From contig CP145413.1 in NCBI GenBank assembly GCA_036867785.1, positions 992,001 through 1,056,000 on the forward strand: 64,000 nucleotides of DNA. The letters run 5' to 3'. The notes under the pieces were generated by a model. That model saw only the letters and a program-made list of their open reading frames with translations, was not told where the DNA came from and searched no databases. Both the position numbers and the translations under genes were made by a program. Shown piece by piece: positions 23,934 to 36,455 of the stretch (the stretch's first letter is position 1; every line of letters begins with the position of its first letter). The DNA is from Plasmodiophora brassicae (Eukaryota).

Positions 23934-24503
23934 CTATAATTTACGAATACTAGGCTTTTGATCGTCTGGCCGGTTCGATAACCTGTAAGGGCACACTGCC
24001 ATGTGCCGCTTAAGGGAACTATTTGCCGTGTAGGCCGCCTTACAGTCGCCGAAGGTGCACAGGAAAGGGCGATCGCCAGTATGCACTCGCAGATGGTTCT
24101 GCAGATGCCGCTCGGAGACGAACGTCTTATGGCAGATGACACATGGGATCGGCTTCGATGTGGCATGCAGGAACTGGTGCGTCTTGAGCGAGAACGCGCG
24201 CGTGAACGACTTACTGCAAATCTGGCAGATGTAATCCCTGGACGTTTTTGACGACCCAGGCTTCGGAGGTGTCCGCGGAGTGGACGCCGGCGACTGCGGG
24301 AGCTGTTTGAGGGCCGGGGACGACGGCGCCGACAACGCTGGGGGTCGGAACACAGTGGCGGTTGGCACGATTGGTTTCGCCTCTCGCGGGGACTGCGACG
24401 GTCGTTGTCGAACACGCAGCGGTCGCGGGACCGGTTTGACGATGGACGTCGACAGCGGTCGTTTCATGAATGGGATGTTCTCGTCTGTCATCGTCGCCTC
24501 CAT
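23934..24503 (-). CDS. Three-finger C2H2 zinc-finger protein (paralog 1)
   Basis: CQICSKSFTRAFSLKTHQFLH, CVICHKTF...HLRVHTGDRPF; third finger is C2HC. Start codon uncertain. Confidence 0.9.
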   Translation of the reverse strand: MEATMTDENIPFMKRPLSTSIVKPVPRPLRVRQRPSQSPREAKPIVPTATVFRPPALSAPSSPALKQLPQSPASTPRTPPKPGSSKTSRDYICQICSKSFTRAFSLKTHQFLHATSKPIPCVICHKTFVSERHLQNHLRVHTGDRPFLCTFGDCKAAYTANSSLKRHMAVCPYRLSNRPDDQKPSIRKL

Positions 24504-25033
24504 CCGGGCCGTGCGACACATCAATAGATGAACATGCCCACTAGCGTCGTCGGGCGAGAATCACTCTGGCGCGGTCGGGCGACAAAACGTGAAGCGGGAT
24601 CCCACAGTCCACACGCCGTATAACAGTCGGAAATTATTGCGCGCAGACGGTGCGACTGTCCAGCTATTTCCGGTAACGCCACGCATCTGGCGACCGTCGC
24701 TGTGCGGCAAACCCGCCGACCGGTCACCTGAGGGCTGAGGACGTGGCGGTTGCGCCCCTCGGGCCCCGTACCATTCATATGCGCAGCTGAATGCCAGTTG
24801 GCATCCAGACCGATACGTCAGCGTTCGTGGGTGGCGAACCGGTTTGACCACCCGGCACCACCGATGAGCAGTCAGCCGCAACAGAAATCGCGATGCGTTA
24901 TGTAGCCCGAGATAGGTAATTTGTCTCGTAAGTCTCTCGTTATGGGTCGCCCCATGGAATTTTGAGCGCGATATGCCAGTGACATAAGGTTGGAACTTCA
25001 TTCACGTGCCGATGCCTCATTGTGTGCCAAGGT

Positions 25034-25540
25034 TCAGGAATGAGCCCGGTAGACGCACACGGCCATATGCCGTTTCAGTGAGCTGTTGGCCGTGTATGCC
25101 GCATCGCAACCAGCTGCCCCGCATCGGAACGGACGCTCGCCTGTGTGGACACGCTGATGATTCATCAGATGTCGCATTGTCACGAAAGTCTTGTCGCAGA
25201 CAGAGCACGGGATCGGTTTGGTCTGCTCGTGCAGATACATGTGTGACTTGAGCGAGAATGCGCGCGTGAACGTCTTGAGACAGACGTGGCAGGTCAGTCG
25301 GGACGCAGCGTCATCTGAGAGCTGGCAATTGAGCGCCACCGTCTGTTCAGGACTGGCATCGCTGTATGTCGGGGAAACCACCGGAACGGGCTGTACGGGC
25401 ACTTGCCTCGTCTGCACTGGTTTGAAGGCTGACGCAGTAGATACCAATGAAGCAGACGGAACATAGGTCAACGTCGCGAGTGGCCGGAATGGGATATGAC
25501 CAAAGAGGAAAGGATGTGGGCCTTGCGATGACAGCGACAT
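25034..25540 (-). CDS. Three-finger C2H2 zinc-finger protein (paralog 2)
   Basis: CHVCLKTFTRAFSLKSHMYLH, HQRVHTGERPF, AYTANSSLKRHMAVC. Confidence 0.9.
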   Translation of the reverse strand: MSLSSQGPHPFLFGHIPFRPLATLTYVPSASLVSTASAFKPVQTRQVPVQPVPVVSPTYSDASPEQTVALNCQLSDDAASRLTCHVCLKTFTRAFSLKSHMYLHEQTKPIPCSVCDKTFVTMRHLMNHQRVHTGERPFRCGAAGCDAAYTANSSLKRHMAVCVYRAHS

Positions 25541-25958
25541 CCGTCACAGCAACAGATATAAACAATATAAAATAGCAAGACTGCTTAATACGTTGCACAC
25601 AATTTCGAGAATGATTGCCACTGATACTGATCTGATACCCCGTAGTGGTACCTACAGCAGCGGCATTGACTCAACGCGCGCAACCGCTGAACCCCCGAAC
25701 GAACACGTGTCTGCTGCGGACAACCCCAGTGTGATTCACGCTTACGTACTTGATCCATACGTAACGACAGATGTGAACCACGGTTGACACAACGGCACCA
25801 AGGTACCCATGCGGCTGAGGTTGGCTGTCACGGTGTCACCCCTTGTCGTATCTATCGCCCGCCTGCGTTTTTTCCTTCTCGTAGACGCCGTTTTTTGGAG
25901 GCTCGTATAGCCCGGAGGGCTGTGGCAGTCAGTCGCGTTTCTGCTGCCGGTTGCTGCT

Positions 25959-26985
25959 ATGGCGACTCGGAACCTGACGGCCCGCTTCATTGCCGAGCGT
26001 GACCATTATCGGTCGTTCGGTGCCGGCATGGACGTTGGCGTTCGTAACGACGACGGCGATGACCAGGAAAGCCTGCTGGGCGGTAACGCGAGCGGTCCGG
26101 TGTCGAGTGCCCCGCCGATCTGGGTGGGCATCGTCGACGAAATCGAGGCACATTTGAAAGAGATCGCCTCCGGAATGGCGAATCTGGCTACGCTTCACGA
26201 TAAGCGGCTGAAGGTCAACTTTGACGATGACGACGAAGAGCAGGATAGGAAAATCGATGCACTCGCGTCAGACATCACCAGAGTAATTGATGCGACCTGT
26301 CCTTTGTCCACCGAACCTGACAATGCTTCGTAGCTGGTCAGGAAAGCCGAGGCCAAGCTGAAGAAGATCGCATCGGTGGGTAACACATCGGCGAATGCGC
26401 TGTCGCAGGAGGAGAGAACAACGCGGTTCAACGTCATGCGGTCGCTTGGCACCAAACTTTCGAATCAGTCGAAACAGTTCCGGCAGATGCAGAAGGACTT
26501 CCTCATGCGTGCGTTGCTGTTACTGTTTCGTCAGCAGCGTTGTGTTCACAAGGGATGTATTAATAGGCCTCCAACGGCGGAACGCCACAGCCAACAAGTT
26601 CTTCGACGACGAGGACGACAGCAAGCGCCGCTCTTTCGAGGAGGGGTTGGATACTGGGTTCACTGAATCGCAGCTCATGCAGCTGGAAGAGGCCAAGCAG
26701 AGCATGGACGAAAGAGAACGAGAGATCGCCCGGATCGCGCAGTCCATCAACGATTTGGCAATGGTGTTCCGAGAGCTCTCCGTGCTGGTCGTCGAGCAGG
26801 GATCCGTCCTGGACCGCATCGACTACAACATCGAGCAGTCCATGCACACGGTCAAGGCCGGCACGGCCGAACTCATCAAAGCCGAGGAGTACCAGAAACG
26901 CGGCAAGTCCCTGGTCTGCATCATCATCCTCATTGCCCTTATCATCATCTGCCTCCTCATTCTAATATTCCGGCGACGATCCTGA
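25959..26985 (+). CDS. STX16: Syntaxin-16 / SYP4 / Tlg2 Qa-SNARE
   Basis: N-peptide MATRNLTARF, PPIWV, SNARE motif VVEQGSVLDRIDYNIE, C-terminal TM; two introns. Confidence 0.92.
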
Positions 26986-27567
26986 TGTCTCTGGTGTAAT
27001 ATACAGTTGTAATATTCCGCTGTGTCGGTCGTGTGCGCCGCAGAACCAGTGTGCCAAGACTGCGAAGCTGCACCTCGTCACTTGCGAACTGCGCACTGCT
27101 ACTACATATCACATATGGTATCTGTGCAATGGCATTTGGGAGAAAGGGAGGTCGCAAGTTGGTTGGTATGGGAGAAAGGGAGGTCGTTGGTCACGTCGGC
27201 AACGATACGTCGTAGAGATCGGGCGGGTTCCGACCGCGTTATGTATCTTTTGGCAGTGGGCGTGGCGCGTCCTCCCGTCCGGACGGCGACTGGGGAATAT
27301 CGTTACGGCGGCGGTGTTTCGGTTACAAGCGGGAGCGGCCCGCTGGTGGGGTTGACTATGAGTCAGGAGCGGCGCCCTTTGATTGTCAGTCTGTGACTGA
27401 GGCACACAACGCGCGAACCACCAGGCGCAGGAGTCGCGGCGAGCCTGTGCTTGGACGGCTGTGTGCAGGAAGGCAGGGCAGACAGACGCGCGGCAAACTG
27501 TTCTGTGTACATACTCTGTGGGGTGCGTTCCTGCTGCGCTCGTGTCCCACTATTGCCCGTGCCCGTG

Positions 27568-28488
27568 ATGGATCCTTCCTCGGCCTGCCTGGGGCGCATG
27601 AATATGTTCGACCTGTCTAGGCCGGTCGCCTACGAAACGCCCGACTCCTGCCTGCCTGACTCATTATCGTTCGTCGACGGCCTAGGAGGGTTCCACTCGT
27701 CGTCGTTCGTACTACCCCGCGACAACGCCAACATGATGCTAAACCCGAACCCGCCTGCCTGGTCCGAGTTCTCCGCATCGTACAACTCGCTCGACTCGCC
27801 GTTCCTCGCTGTCGAAGTACCACTACGATCACTGAACGGCAACACAATGCCCAGCGGTCCGCACAACAGCCTGCTCATGCCGATTGGGGCACCACCCAAA
27901 CCGGCTCGGCGCCGAAACAGTGACACGGACGCAGGAGCAACAACAGCGCCCAACGGGAAGAAGATGTTCGCATGCATACAGGTATGCTTGGTGGTTACGA
28001 TAACCGCTAAGACTGTGTACTTATGTCGAGGTGTGTCTGGATCAGTGCTCCAAAGTGTTCAGCCGAGGGAACAACCTGCAAGCGCACATGAGGATCCACA
28101 CAGGAGAGATGCCGTATCTCTGTGAGCACTGCCCCAAGAGCTTCGCGCGTCGATCAGGCCTGTCACGGCACCAGCGAACACACACGGTAGATGACGCGCA
28201 TACGCGTGAACGTTCAATCGTTGCTGACTCTATTGTCACTCCCAGGGTGAAAAACCACTTCAGTGCCCGCAATGTGAAAAGAGCTTCGCTGACAGCTCGA
28301 ACCTATCACGGCACCTGCGCTTGCACAGCGGCGAACGACCCTTCTCCTGCGATATTTGCTTCAAGCGATTTTCTTGGGTAGGTGGCACCGCTGTACCCTG
28401 TCATAGGCCCGTCGCTGAGCATCGGTCACTGCTGTCTTAGAAATCGAGCCTTGAATGGCATCTACGGTCGCATAATAATGAAAATTGA
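27568..28488 (+). CDS. Four-finger C2H2 zinc-finger transcription factor
   Basis: [55 protein letters not shown]; three introns. Confidence 0.88.
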
Positions 28489-28679
28489 TCATATAGATGT
28501 GGTCCAACCCTGTTGGGAAGGAGCCGCTGTCCCGTGCCACCCTGTACTATATTACCCACGCCTGGAAATACACTAACCGTAGTTAACTAACCATAGCCCA
28601 TTCGCGCTTTGTGTCGGACAGCACACCAATTCGTATTTCGGTTGCCCTCGCGAATGCCGCTAACGTACGTAGAGTATAT

Positions 28680-29185
28680 TTATCGGTGTTCACTATCGGC
28701 ATCTCGTGCCTGCTCCGAGCCCAGCGTACTATCTTGTTTCATGATCCGTTTCAGCTTGCCTGACATGCGCTTCCTGTACATTGGCTTGGACAATTTGGAC
28801 GAAGACCGCACTTTCCCTTGTTTCGACGATCTCTTCTTGGTCGGACGCACAAACAGCCCTCCGTAGCACGATTCTTCAGGAGCTTCTGGCTGCCGGACGA
28901 CGATCTCTAATTGCAGGACACAGTCAGTTGAGCAAATGTACGCCGAAATTGCAGGGCACACCTACTCGTTAACTCTTTCGACGACTTGCCATCGCTCGCC
29001 ACCGATATTGACTTAATGGCCGCATTGTACATGTCATCCCAATGGTCCGCGGACGACGGTATACCAACACCGCGATTATCCTGCTTAACCTCCACAGTTA
29101 TAGACGTTGAATCACCTTGGGAATGCTTTCCGAGGCCCTGTCCGGGCTTCCAGCCCATCTTCTGCATCAGCTTCATGGCATCCAT
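28680..29185 (-). CDS. G-patch protein (GPATCH4/PINX1-like)
   Basis: AMKLMQKMGWKPGQGLGKHSQG...KQDNRGVG...DHWDDMYNAAIKSI. Confidence 0.8.
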
Positions 29186-29421
29186 GACGACGCACTCAGC
29201 CCGTTGGTCCGCCACGGTGTCCGCAGTCTCCGCAGGCCCGCCCGGCCCAGGCCATGAAACTTCAGCCACACTCGGTTCTGGCCTGGCATGTGATTCCAAC
29301 CTTGCCACTCCGCATGGCTCAATATTTACAGCCCAGACGCTGCAAGGTACGGTATGACGGTATCGGGCGCGCCCGGATCGCGCGGTACTAGGAAGGATTC
29401 CATATCGGTTAAGCGCTCCGT

Positions 29422-30305
29422 ATGGAACCAGCTCGCGTTGTCGAGGACGTCGACGTGCCGATCACGGCGCCGGTTGACGATCAGCACTTCTCGAAGGACG
29501 GGAAGGGGACGAAGGCCATTGAAGAGATTCCCATTATTGGGTTCCTGCAATCCGCCAAGCATGCACATGCCGGTGATACGGACAGAGCATTGCGGGCGGC
29601 CGCCAAGTGCTCCTCAGCAACCATCCACGCAGGGACAATGCTTGCCGCTGCGGTTGCTACGGGAGGCCTCAGTAACGCGACTTTGTCCTTCCTCGCGATC
29701 CTCTTTTAGATTCGGTGATAACCCTTACCTAGGTCTACCTGCAACATTAACGCTGGGTGCTGTTGCCGGTGGTGTTGGACTGGCATCCGAACTCGCGTTT
29801 AAGCAGCAGATCGAGGTATTTGTGTTCATGGAGCTTGCTGAGGTACGTCTGAGCCAGAACACTGGGGCAGGACCCGGAAGTCCAGGGCCACCTGTCGAAC
29901 CCAACCGGCACTGACCTCGGTATGTCGCTGGCTTTCGGGTCAGCGCTTGGCGTGGTTGGCGGGGCAGGCAGTACACTCGCCAAAGGCATGTTGAGGGAGG
30001 CCGGCGTGCAAGGCGCCAAAGCGCACGCCACTCGCTTCGTAACCGGCCAGTCCATGAACCAATTGCAAGTTGCTCCCGTCCGGCGCGAGATCAAGGCCGC
30101 GGTCAAGCAGGAGGTGACGTCACGCTCGAAAGAAGCGACGACCCGACCCGCGCGTCGCTCCGCTCGCCGCCGGTCCTCACACAAACGATCGAACGCCGAA
30201 ATGGCTGGCGGTTCGATCGCTGCAGGTGACAGAAGTCATCGGCCTCGGAAGGTCTCCAGACGCAACAGGGACAAGCACGTCCCTTACCAGCCTGACTTCA
30301 ACTGA
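29422..30305 (+). CDS. Hypothetical protein with Gly/Ala-rich hydrophobic helices
   Basis: Three exons can be joined in frame by GT-AG introns; TLGAVAGGVGLA and FGSALGVVGGAG segments; basic tail. Confidence 0.45.
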
Positions 30306-30672
30306 GAGGGACATGCCGCACATCACGCTCAGATGCAGAACAAACAGTATAGCGAGCGCTGCCTGTATGATAAAGGGTTCCTTAGCGATGTACGCGAGAG
30401 GTTCTCGACCACGAATCGTCGAAGGGCGCCCGGTGCTGGATCGCGCTGGTGCACGGGCGCCGGTTCGCAGCAGTACGCCGTCCAGCGGCCGGCCACTCCA
30501 ACATCGTCGCCGTTCGTCGTCGCGCTGGCCTGGTAACCGTGGCCGGCGCAGAATTCAGACCCTGGGCCTGGCTCCAGTCCGGGGCTGCAGCCTGGTTCCC
30601 CAGTCGCACCGACGCGCCACTGACCGAGATCGGGTTTGTGCCAGGCGCCGCAGGTTTCTGCACGTGACGCGG

Positions 30673-31422
30673 TCAGTCCGGTGCGATCTGCGCGTCGGCA
30701 TATACGATGGTTACCCGGCGCACAGTGCTGATTGTCGGATGCAACGACGTGTATGCCACCGTCGACGACGAAGCCGCACGTGAGCGGGGAATCGATGTGG
30801 GTGCACCTTCGAGGATCGGCTCCCCGCAGACGGCAATGACGGCGGTGTCTTTAATGGAGTGTGCGGGTTTTGGTGGCGGTGCAACGTTCGGGAAGGCATC
30901 TTTCGACCATTCGGCTGCGAGGTGTTGTTCGACGGCGTTGAAAGCGAGGCGCTGACGAAGGTGCTTGATCTCAGCCGTGTTGGCGATGATCTCTGCCTGA
31001 AATGCCTCGACAAGTTTACGAAGTCGGGTGACGGTGTCGGGATCGTTGGGGACAGGTTCGGCAGCGTCTACCGACCGCATGGGAGTCACGGTGACGTTCA
31101 TGATCGTCTGGGCATCTGCCTTGTGTTTCAAGCCGGAGTCATTAGACGACCGGATCAGGTCGCGCAAGTACTGGACGCGACGATCCGATTGGTGGCGACG
31201 CCATTCCGACTCCTGCAGGCGGCGTTGCATTTGCATGAGGTCCTTCGTCAGCTGACGCGCACGACGGCAAGACGCGTTGTTGTTGCACATCGGATGGCCT
31301 AACGGTTTCGTTGCCGATGGAAGTGAGCTTGACCCTGGAGGCGTTCCGGGCCGCGACCCCTTCGGGGACGACCATCCAACCGGTTCTGGAGATCGACACT
31401 CTGCTCTGCACCATTGCTGCAT
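30673..31422 (-). CDS. Hypothetical coiled-coil protein (ends uncertain)
   Basis: Long ORF with heptad segments RQLTKDLMQMQRRLQESE and LRKLVEAFQAEIIANTAEIKHLRQRL. Confidence 0.45.
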   Translation of the reverse strand: MQQWCRAECRSPEPVGWSSPKGSRPGTPPGSSSLPSATKPLGHPMCNNNASCRRARQLTKDLMQMQRRLQESEWRRHQSDRRVQYLRDLIRSSNDSGLKHKADAQTIMNVTVTPMRSVDAAEPVPNDPDTVTRLRKLVEAFQAEIIANTAEIKHLRQRLAFNAVEQHLAAEWSKDAFPNVAPPPKPAHSIKDTAVIAVCGEPILEGAPTSIPRSRAASSSTVAYTSLHPTISTVRRVTIVYADAQIAPD

Positions 31423-31741
31423 CGGCAAAGATACGATGAAGATTGTGTACCGCGACACGATCGGATTTCCCCCACTGATAAACGCCGGCCACAACCGGAC
31501 ATCAACCACGAGATTCTGCGTCCTAACTCCTAACCCAGAGGCGTATTCTCTCAGCGCCCATCTATGCTCTTACATCAACCACGTCCTCCCCGGCAACGTG
31601 CCTGTGTCTGAATCCCGTCTGCGGACTGAAGGGCCAAAGCATCCAACCACCTTCCTCCCGGTAACTTGGCAAGTATTCATGGCTGTTTTTACCTACAGGT
31701 TGAATTAAACTGGAGACAGTCCGCTAGTGGCTGACGTCGAC

Positions 31742-32957
31742 ATGGACGCGATCAGAAACATGTTAATGTCAGCGTACCATTTACCACCCGTGCTCCAAAT
31801 CGAAGGCTCAACGGAAAAGTGTATGTACAGAAAGTAGCGGCGCAGGCAGCGGACTCCGTGGCGGACTCCGCGGGATGTCGCTCGATCCGACAGCCGACCT
31901 AGAACAGCATCGCCCCAGGAAACGGTCACGATCATCTGGCGGGTCAGCCATTGTCCATTGGTCGCGATGTAACTGCCGACGTCTCGAATGGGTCATCTGA
32001 TATTACGCTGACGCAGTTTCCAGGGTTTCGAAGTACATTGCCTTTACTGTCCGCAACTAGCGCTGACGAATGTGATCGACGGACGAGTGATGGCCACGAT
32101 TCCGAGCAGTCGTGTGTACTTAACGCCGTTGGTACTCCATCTGGCGTTGGCGTCATCAGCTTGAAATACTGGCGGCAACGGCGTTTCCTATTCAGCAGGT
32201 CAAACCGAGGGGTTGGCTGTCTCTCAGGTATCTTTAACGTGGTACAGATTCGACGAAGGCGTACATCTGGACGCGGAATCGTTCTATTCAGTGACACCAG
32301 AAGCGATCGCAGACCATATTGCCGAACGGTGTGCTGCTGGAGTCGTCATTGATGCGTTCTGCGGCGCTGGGGGCAACGCCATAGCGGTCGGAATCGTTTC
32401 GTTAATGCCTGACTCCAGGTACTGACCAATTTCGTTTCCAGTTCGCCAAGGTCTGCAGCCTCGTCATTGCCATCGATGTACGTTCGAATTGCAGTCTGCG
32501 ACCCAATGCCTCTGACATTTCGCGCCAGATCGACCCGAACCGGATCGCCATTGCGCGACACAACGCGATGTTATATGGAGTTGCCGACCGCATCGAGTTC
32601 ATCGTTGGGGACTTCCTGCAACTATCGCGATCGTTATCCGGAGACGTTGTGTTCCTGTCGCCGCCATGGGGTGGGCCCAACTACTTGGAGGCGGAGACAT
32701 TCGACATCGCTAGGAATATGGACCCGGACGGCGTACGTGTCTTCGAGGCCGCACGGCGCTTGACGCCGAACGTTTGTTACTTCCTACCGCGCAATGTGGA
32801 CATGGCGCAGGTCGTGGCGCTGGCCGGGCCTGACGAAGTTGTCGAGATCGAAACCAACTACGTTCGCAACGCGGTCAAGTCTGTCACGGCGTACTATGCG
32901 GGACTCGCCGCGTCACCGATCTGTATCGAGACCCTGCCGCATGACGACGAGCAATAA
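31742..32957 (+). CDS. TGS1: Trimethylguanosine synthase
   Basis: [61 protein letters not shown]. Start codon uncertain. Confidence 0.92.
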
Positions 32958-33099
32958 CACAATACAATGTGCATTGCGCGGCCCAGCCGACCCGGAGGAC
33001 TGGATTGTTCCTGGTCCCGAACCGAAATTGCCGCTCCGATCCGTCCGCGGGCGAGTCGGGACGGCCGTGATCACTTTTTCGTTGGCGCTAGCTGTTGCC

Positions 33100-33576
33100 A
33101 TGGCCGTTCCACGCGCTCGAACGTGCTGCTGGGTGTTCTCTCTGTCGGCGGCGCTGAAGATCTTGTCGTTCGCGAGCTTTGTCTTTGGAGCCGTGTATCT
33201 GACGGTGGCTTTCGGGGCAGTGTCTCCGCGGGACCGGACGAGCCCATACCATAGGGTTGTTTACGATGACTCAAACTACAAGACAGCACAGGCCCTCGCG
33301 GGCGCTTCCTTCCTACTCGTCGGTATCGCGTTGCTCATTGCCGCCCTGACCAAAAGCCTGCTGTGGACCAAGGTGGCCCTTGCCGCCACTGTTATCGCGG
33401 TCATTAATGACCTCGCTTCCGTGTTCTTCTTCCAGTACTGGTACCGGATCATCGACCTCGCTGTCGTCGTCTACTGCAGCTACATCGTTTGGTCGTTCCA
33501 CGAGATGCTAAAAGAGGGGCACAAAGGCGTCCTTCCCAGTCCCGCAACAATCAGTCACTCGGGCTATCGGTTCTAA
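33100..33576 (+). CDS. Small 4-TM protein, family member 1 (LAPTM-like)
   Basis: RTCCWVFSL N-terminus, NYKT loop, YIVWSFHEMLKE, ends GYRF. Confidence 0.8.
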   Translation: MAVPRARTCCWVFSLSAALKILSFASFVFGAVYLTVAFGAVSPRDRTSPYHRVVYDDSNYKTAQALAGASFLLVGIALLIAALTKSLLWTKVALAATVIAVINDLASVFFFQYWYRIIDLAVVVYCSYIVWSFHEMLKEGHKGVLPSPATISHSGYRF

Positions 33577-34281
33577 ACCAACGAATGGACACATCGTTCG
33601 TCATATTGTCGCAATACATATGAACACCTCGTTCGCCATATATTGTCGCAGTGTCCTCCGCATTGTAGCTAATCTGCTCGAGCCAGTATCCCAATATCGT
33701 TTATCATCTCCATCCCATCCTCCATCATTGACGTCAGCCACGCCACGTCATCGCCGAGGCAGATCGCATTCTCGTTTCAGCGCTTTCTCAAACTCCCTTC
33801 GGGTGATCTTGGAGTTCCGTGATAACTGTTTGGTGTTCCAACGCTTTTTTCTCTGTTGGTTCAAGGTCGTTTGCACTATAAATGTTTGCAAAGGTTGTTG
33901 CTATCTCTTCCGCTTCGAGAGCGGCTCTTTTCGTTTTGAGCGTTCGTGATGTGCGTTTACGGATTCCGCCTGGATGGATGCGACGATGACCCGGTATGAA
34001 CGTCCCGTCAGATCGGCGTGGACGTCACCAGGGTCCAGGCAGATCTCCGCGTTCTACATGGCAGAAACGCCAAAACCGCTTGCGGCGACAGCGGCGCGCC
34101 GGTGGCGACGTGACACTGGGCTATTATTAGTGGATGTGACTGCATGTCCCGCGTTGACGGGCAACGGGATCATGGGGACGGACGGAGGGTCTATTGCGGG
34201 CACCCCTGGCTGTTCACCGTTGCGGGATTCCGGACGCCGGACGCCGGTTCTCATTCTCGTTCTCGGTGGGTTGGTGTTGCC

Positions 34282-34767
34282 ATGGGAATCCAGCGCGCTC
34301 GGTCATGCTGCTGCGGGTGCTCGCTGCCAACGGCGATGAAGATCTTCGCGGCGCTCCACATCCTGGCGGGCATCTTCTTTATCTGGTGTGCTGCGATACC
34401 GCTGCCCCCGCGCATTGAGATGACGCAAGACCAACGGGACTTCTTCGACCAGCACCCGAACTACAAGACTGTGCTGTATATCGGGAGCGCTGTCAGCCTG
34501 GCCGTCGGTGCCGTGTTCCTGGCCGCCGTCTCCTCAAGGAGTTTGGGGTTCGCCGGGATTGCTGTTTTGGCGAATGCCCTCGCGATCGTTTCGACCGTAG
34601 CCAACATGGTCTATGCCTTCAACGGGGCCCAGGTCGTCGTGCTGGCAATCAACGTGTACTTCTGCTACGTCGTGTGGTCGTTCTATGAGATGCTCAAGGA
34701 AGAGCGGATGGGCACCCTGCCCACGCCTGCCGCCGTCACCTTCACAGCTGGGTACCCGCGCCAGTAA
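34282..34767 (+). CDS. Small 4-TM protein, family member 2
   Basis: RSCCCGCSLPTAM, PNYKT, YFCYVVWSFYEMLKEE, ends GYPRQ. Confidence 0.82.
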   Translation: MGIQRARSCCCGCSLPTAMKIFAALHILAGIFFIWCAAIPLPPRIEMTQDQRDFFDQHPNYKTVLYIGSAVSLAVGAVFLAAVSSRSLGFAGIAVLANALAIVSTVANMVYAFNGAQVVVLAINVYFCYVVWSFYEMLKEERMGTLPTPAAVTFTAGYPRQ

Positions 34768-35474
34768 GGTCTTCACCGATCAATACACCATCCTCGTCGC
34801 CAGGCGAGGCCATTTGCCGTTCAGAAAACGTACCCAGTACCGCTAGACTATGATGCGCCAGCTACGGGCGATTTCGTCGTTACCGCCATGGTCGGTAGAA
34901 CAGGATGGCCATCCAAGTCAAGAAGGCTGCAGCGGATGTTACGACGAAGGCACTAAGCAAGGCGGCGTGCGAGAAGCCTCTCAAGTCGATCGGCCAGCTG
35001 CGAGAAGTTGAGGAAGAGTGCCAGACACCGGTGTCTGCTGGCAAACTCTCTCAGCCGTCGGACGGTACTTCCGTGTCAGCGAACGCTCTTTGGAACGATG
35101 CATCGTTCTATATTTGGTGCGGGTATGCTGCTGATGCACCGTTCACCACAGCGCTTGCCCGGTCGAACTCGGTGGTCAACGCATCCCAATCCGTTCCGGC
35201 ATGGAACGCAACAATCGCAATGACTTTGCCGGCAAGGGAGTACTGGCGTCCGACCCATGAATGCATTGTGCGACATGCAACAGGCACCGCAGACCGATCA
35301 CACTGCCCGCAGTCACCGCCCAATACGATGGTAAATTCCCATAACAATGGCGTAAGGAACCCCCTTCTGGCACACACTATTGCGGATTGTGAGTGTCAAG
35401 ATGATACTGCCGTCTGGCGCTGAGTCGGCCTGCCGCCTCACGAAGGCCTTACCGTTTCCGGCGGTGCTGCTGTC

Positions 35475-35775
35475 ATGGCCATTCAGCGTGTGCACGCCTA
35501 CAGCTGCGAGTACTCGCTGCCGACGGTGGTGAAAGTCATTGCTGGCGTTAATGTCGCATCGGCGATCCAATCGTGCGTGCCCTCACACAGATGCACGAAC
35601 TTGACCAAAACATGATGAAGAGACCAACTGGAGTGGTTGAAAGGACTCCCGAAGAGTATGGTGACATGGTGCATCAGTGCTTCCTTCTACCTGACCGTCA
35701 GCATGACCGCCGTATTGGAAACAGCCGACTCCTCGCAAAGCTCGCCTTGTTGCTGCCCCCTGTTTTAGTTTGATA
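35475..35775 (+). pseudogene. Degenerate copy of the 4-TM family
   Basis: tgctgtcATG then MAIQRVHAYSCEYSLPTVVKVIAG aligns with members 2 and 3; the frame then decays. Confidence 0.55.
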
Positions 35776-35978
35776 ACGCAATTGAGACCTTCGGCTGTCA
35801 ATACTGCTGTTAGTTCGAGACGCCCGCATTCTGCTCCAGCTCTGCTGTGTGCCGGTTTTAGAAACGGCGACAAGGGAGCATGGGCCCGTCAGTTGGGCCT
35901 CGCTATTTCTGGGCTGAGGCCGACTGTGGCACGATTGCCTCATGAGGGCATTTCTCATCAACGTGCGCGGCTGTTGTC

Positions 35979-36455
35979 ATGGCGATTCAGCGATCTAACA
36001 CATGCTGCTGCGGGTGCTCGCTGCCAACTGCGATGGTGATCTTTGGGGTCGTCACCATCCTTGTCGGCCTATTGGAGGTGTTTCTTGTTGCGTCGCCGCA
36101 TCTGCTGCCGGCCGATCGCCTGTCGAAAGAGCAGCGGGAGCGGTTGGACAACATTCCGAACTACAACACAGCGCTGCTAATCAGGGCAGCTATCCACCTG
36201 GCTGTCGGTATCGTGTACCTGGTCGCTGTACTCAACAAGTCTATGGTCTTTGCCAAGATAGCTATTGCCGCCGACGTCATCTCGATTGTGTTTGAGTTGG
36301 CCACCAAGTACATGTGGATGCACCTGTACGTCAACATCCTCACCATGGCCATCAAGGTCTACTTCTGCTACATCGTATGGTCGTACCACGAGATGCTGAA
36401 GGAGCAGCAGCAGTGTTCCCTGCCAGCGCCTTCCGCCCCAGGTTACCGCTACTGA
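35979..36455 (+). CDS. Small 4-TM protein, family member 3
   Basis: MAIQRSNTCCCGCSLPTAM, PNYNT, YFCYIVWSYHEMLKE, ends GYRY. Confidence 0.82.
   Translation: MAIQRSNTCCCGCSLPTAMVIFGVVTILVGLLEVFLVASPHLLPADRLSKEQRERLDNIPNYNTALLIRAAIHLAVGIVYLVAVLNKSMVFAKIAIAADVISIVFELATKYMWMHLYVNILTMAIKVYFCYIVWSYHEMLKEQQQCSLPAPSAPGYRY

Noticed and set aside
34905-35423. 172-aa ORF starting MAIQ inside the 4-TM cluster
   Set aside because: No TM segments or family motifs beyond four residues; coding status unsupported.
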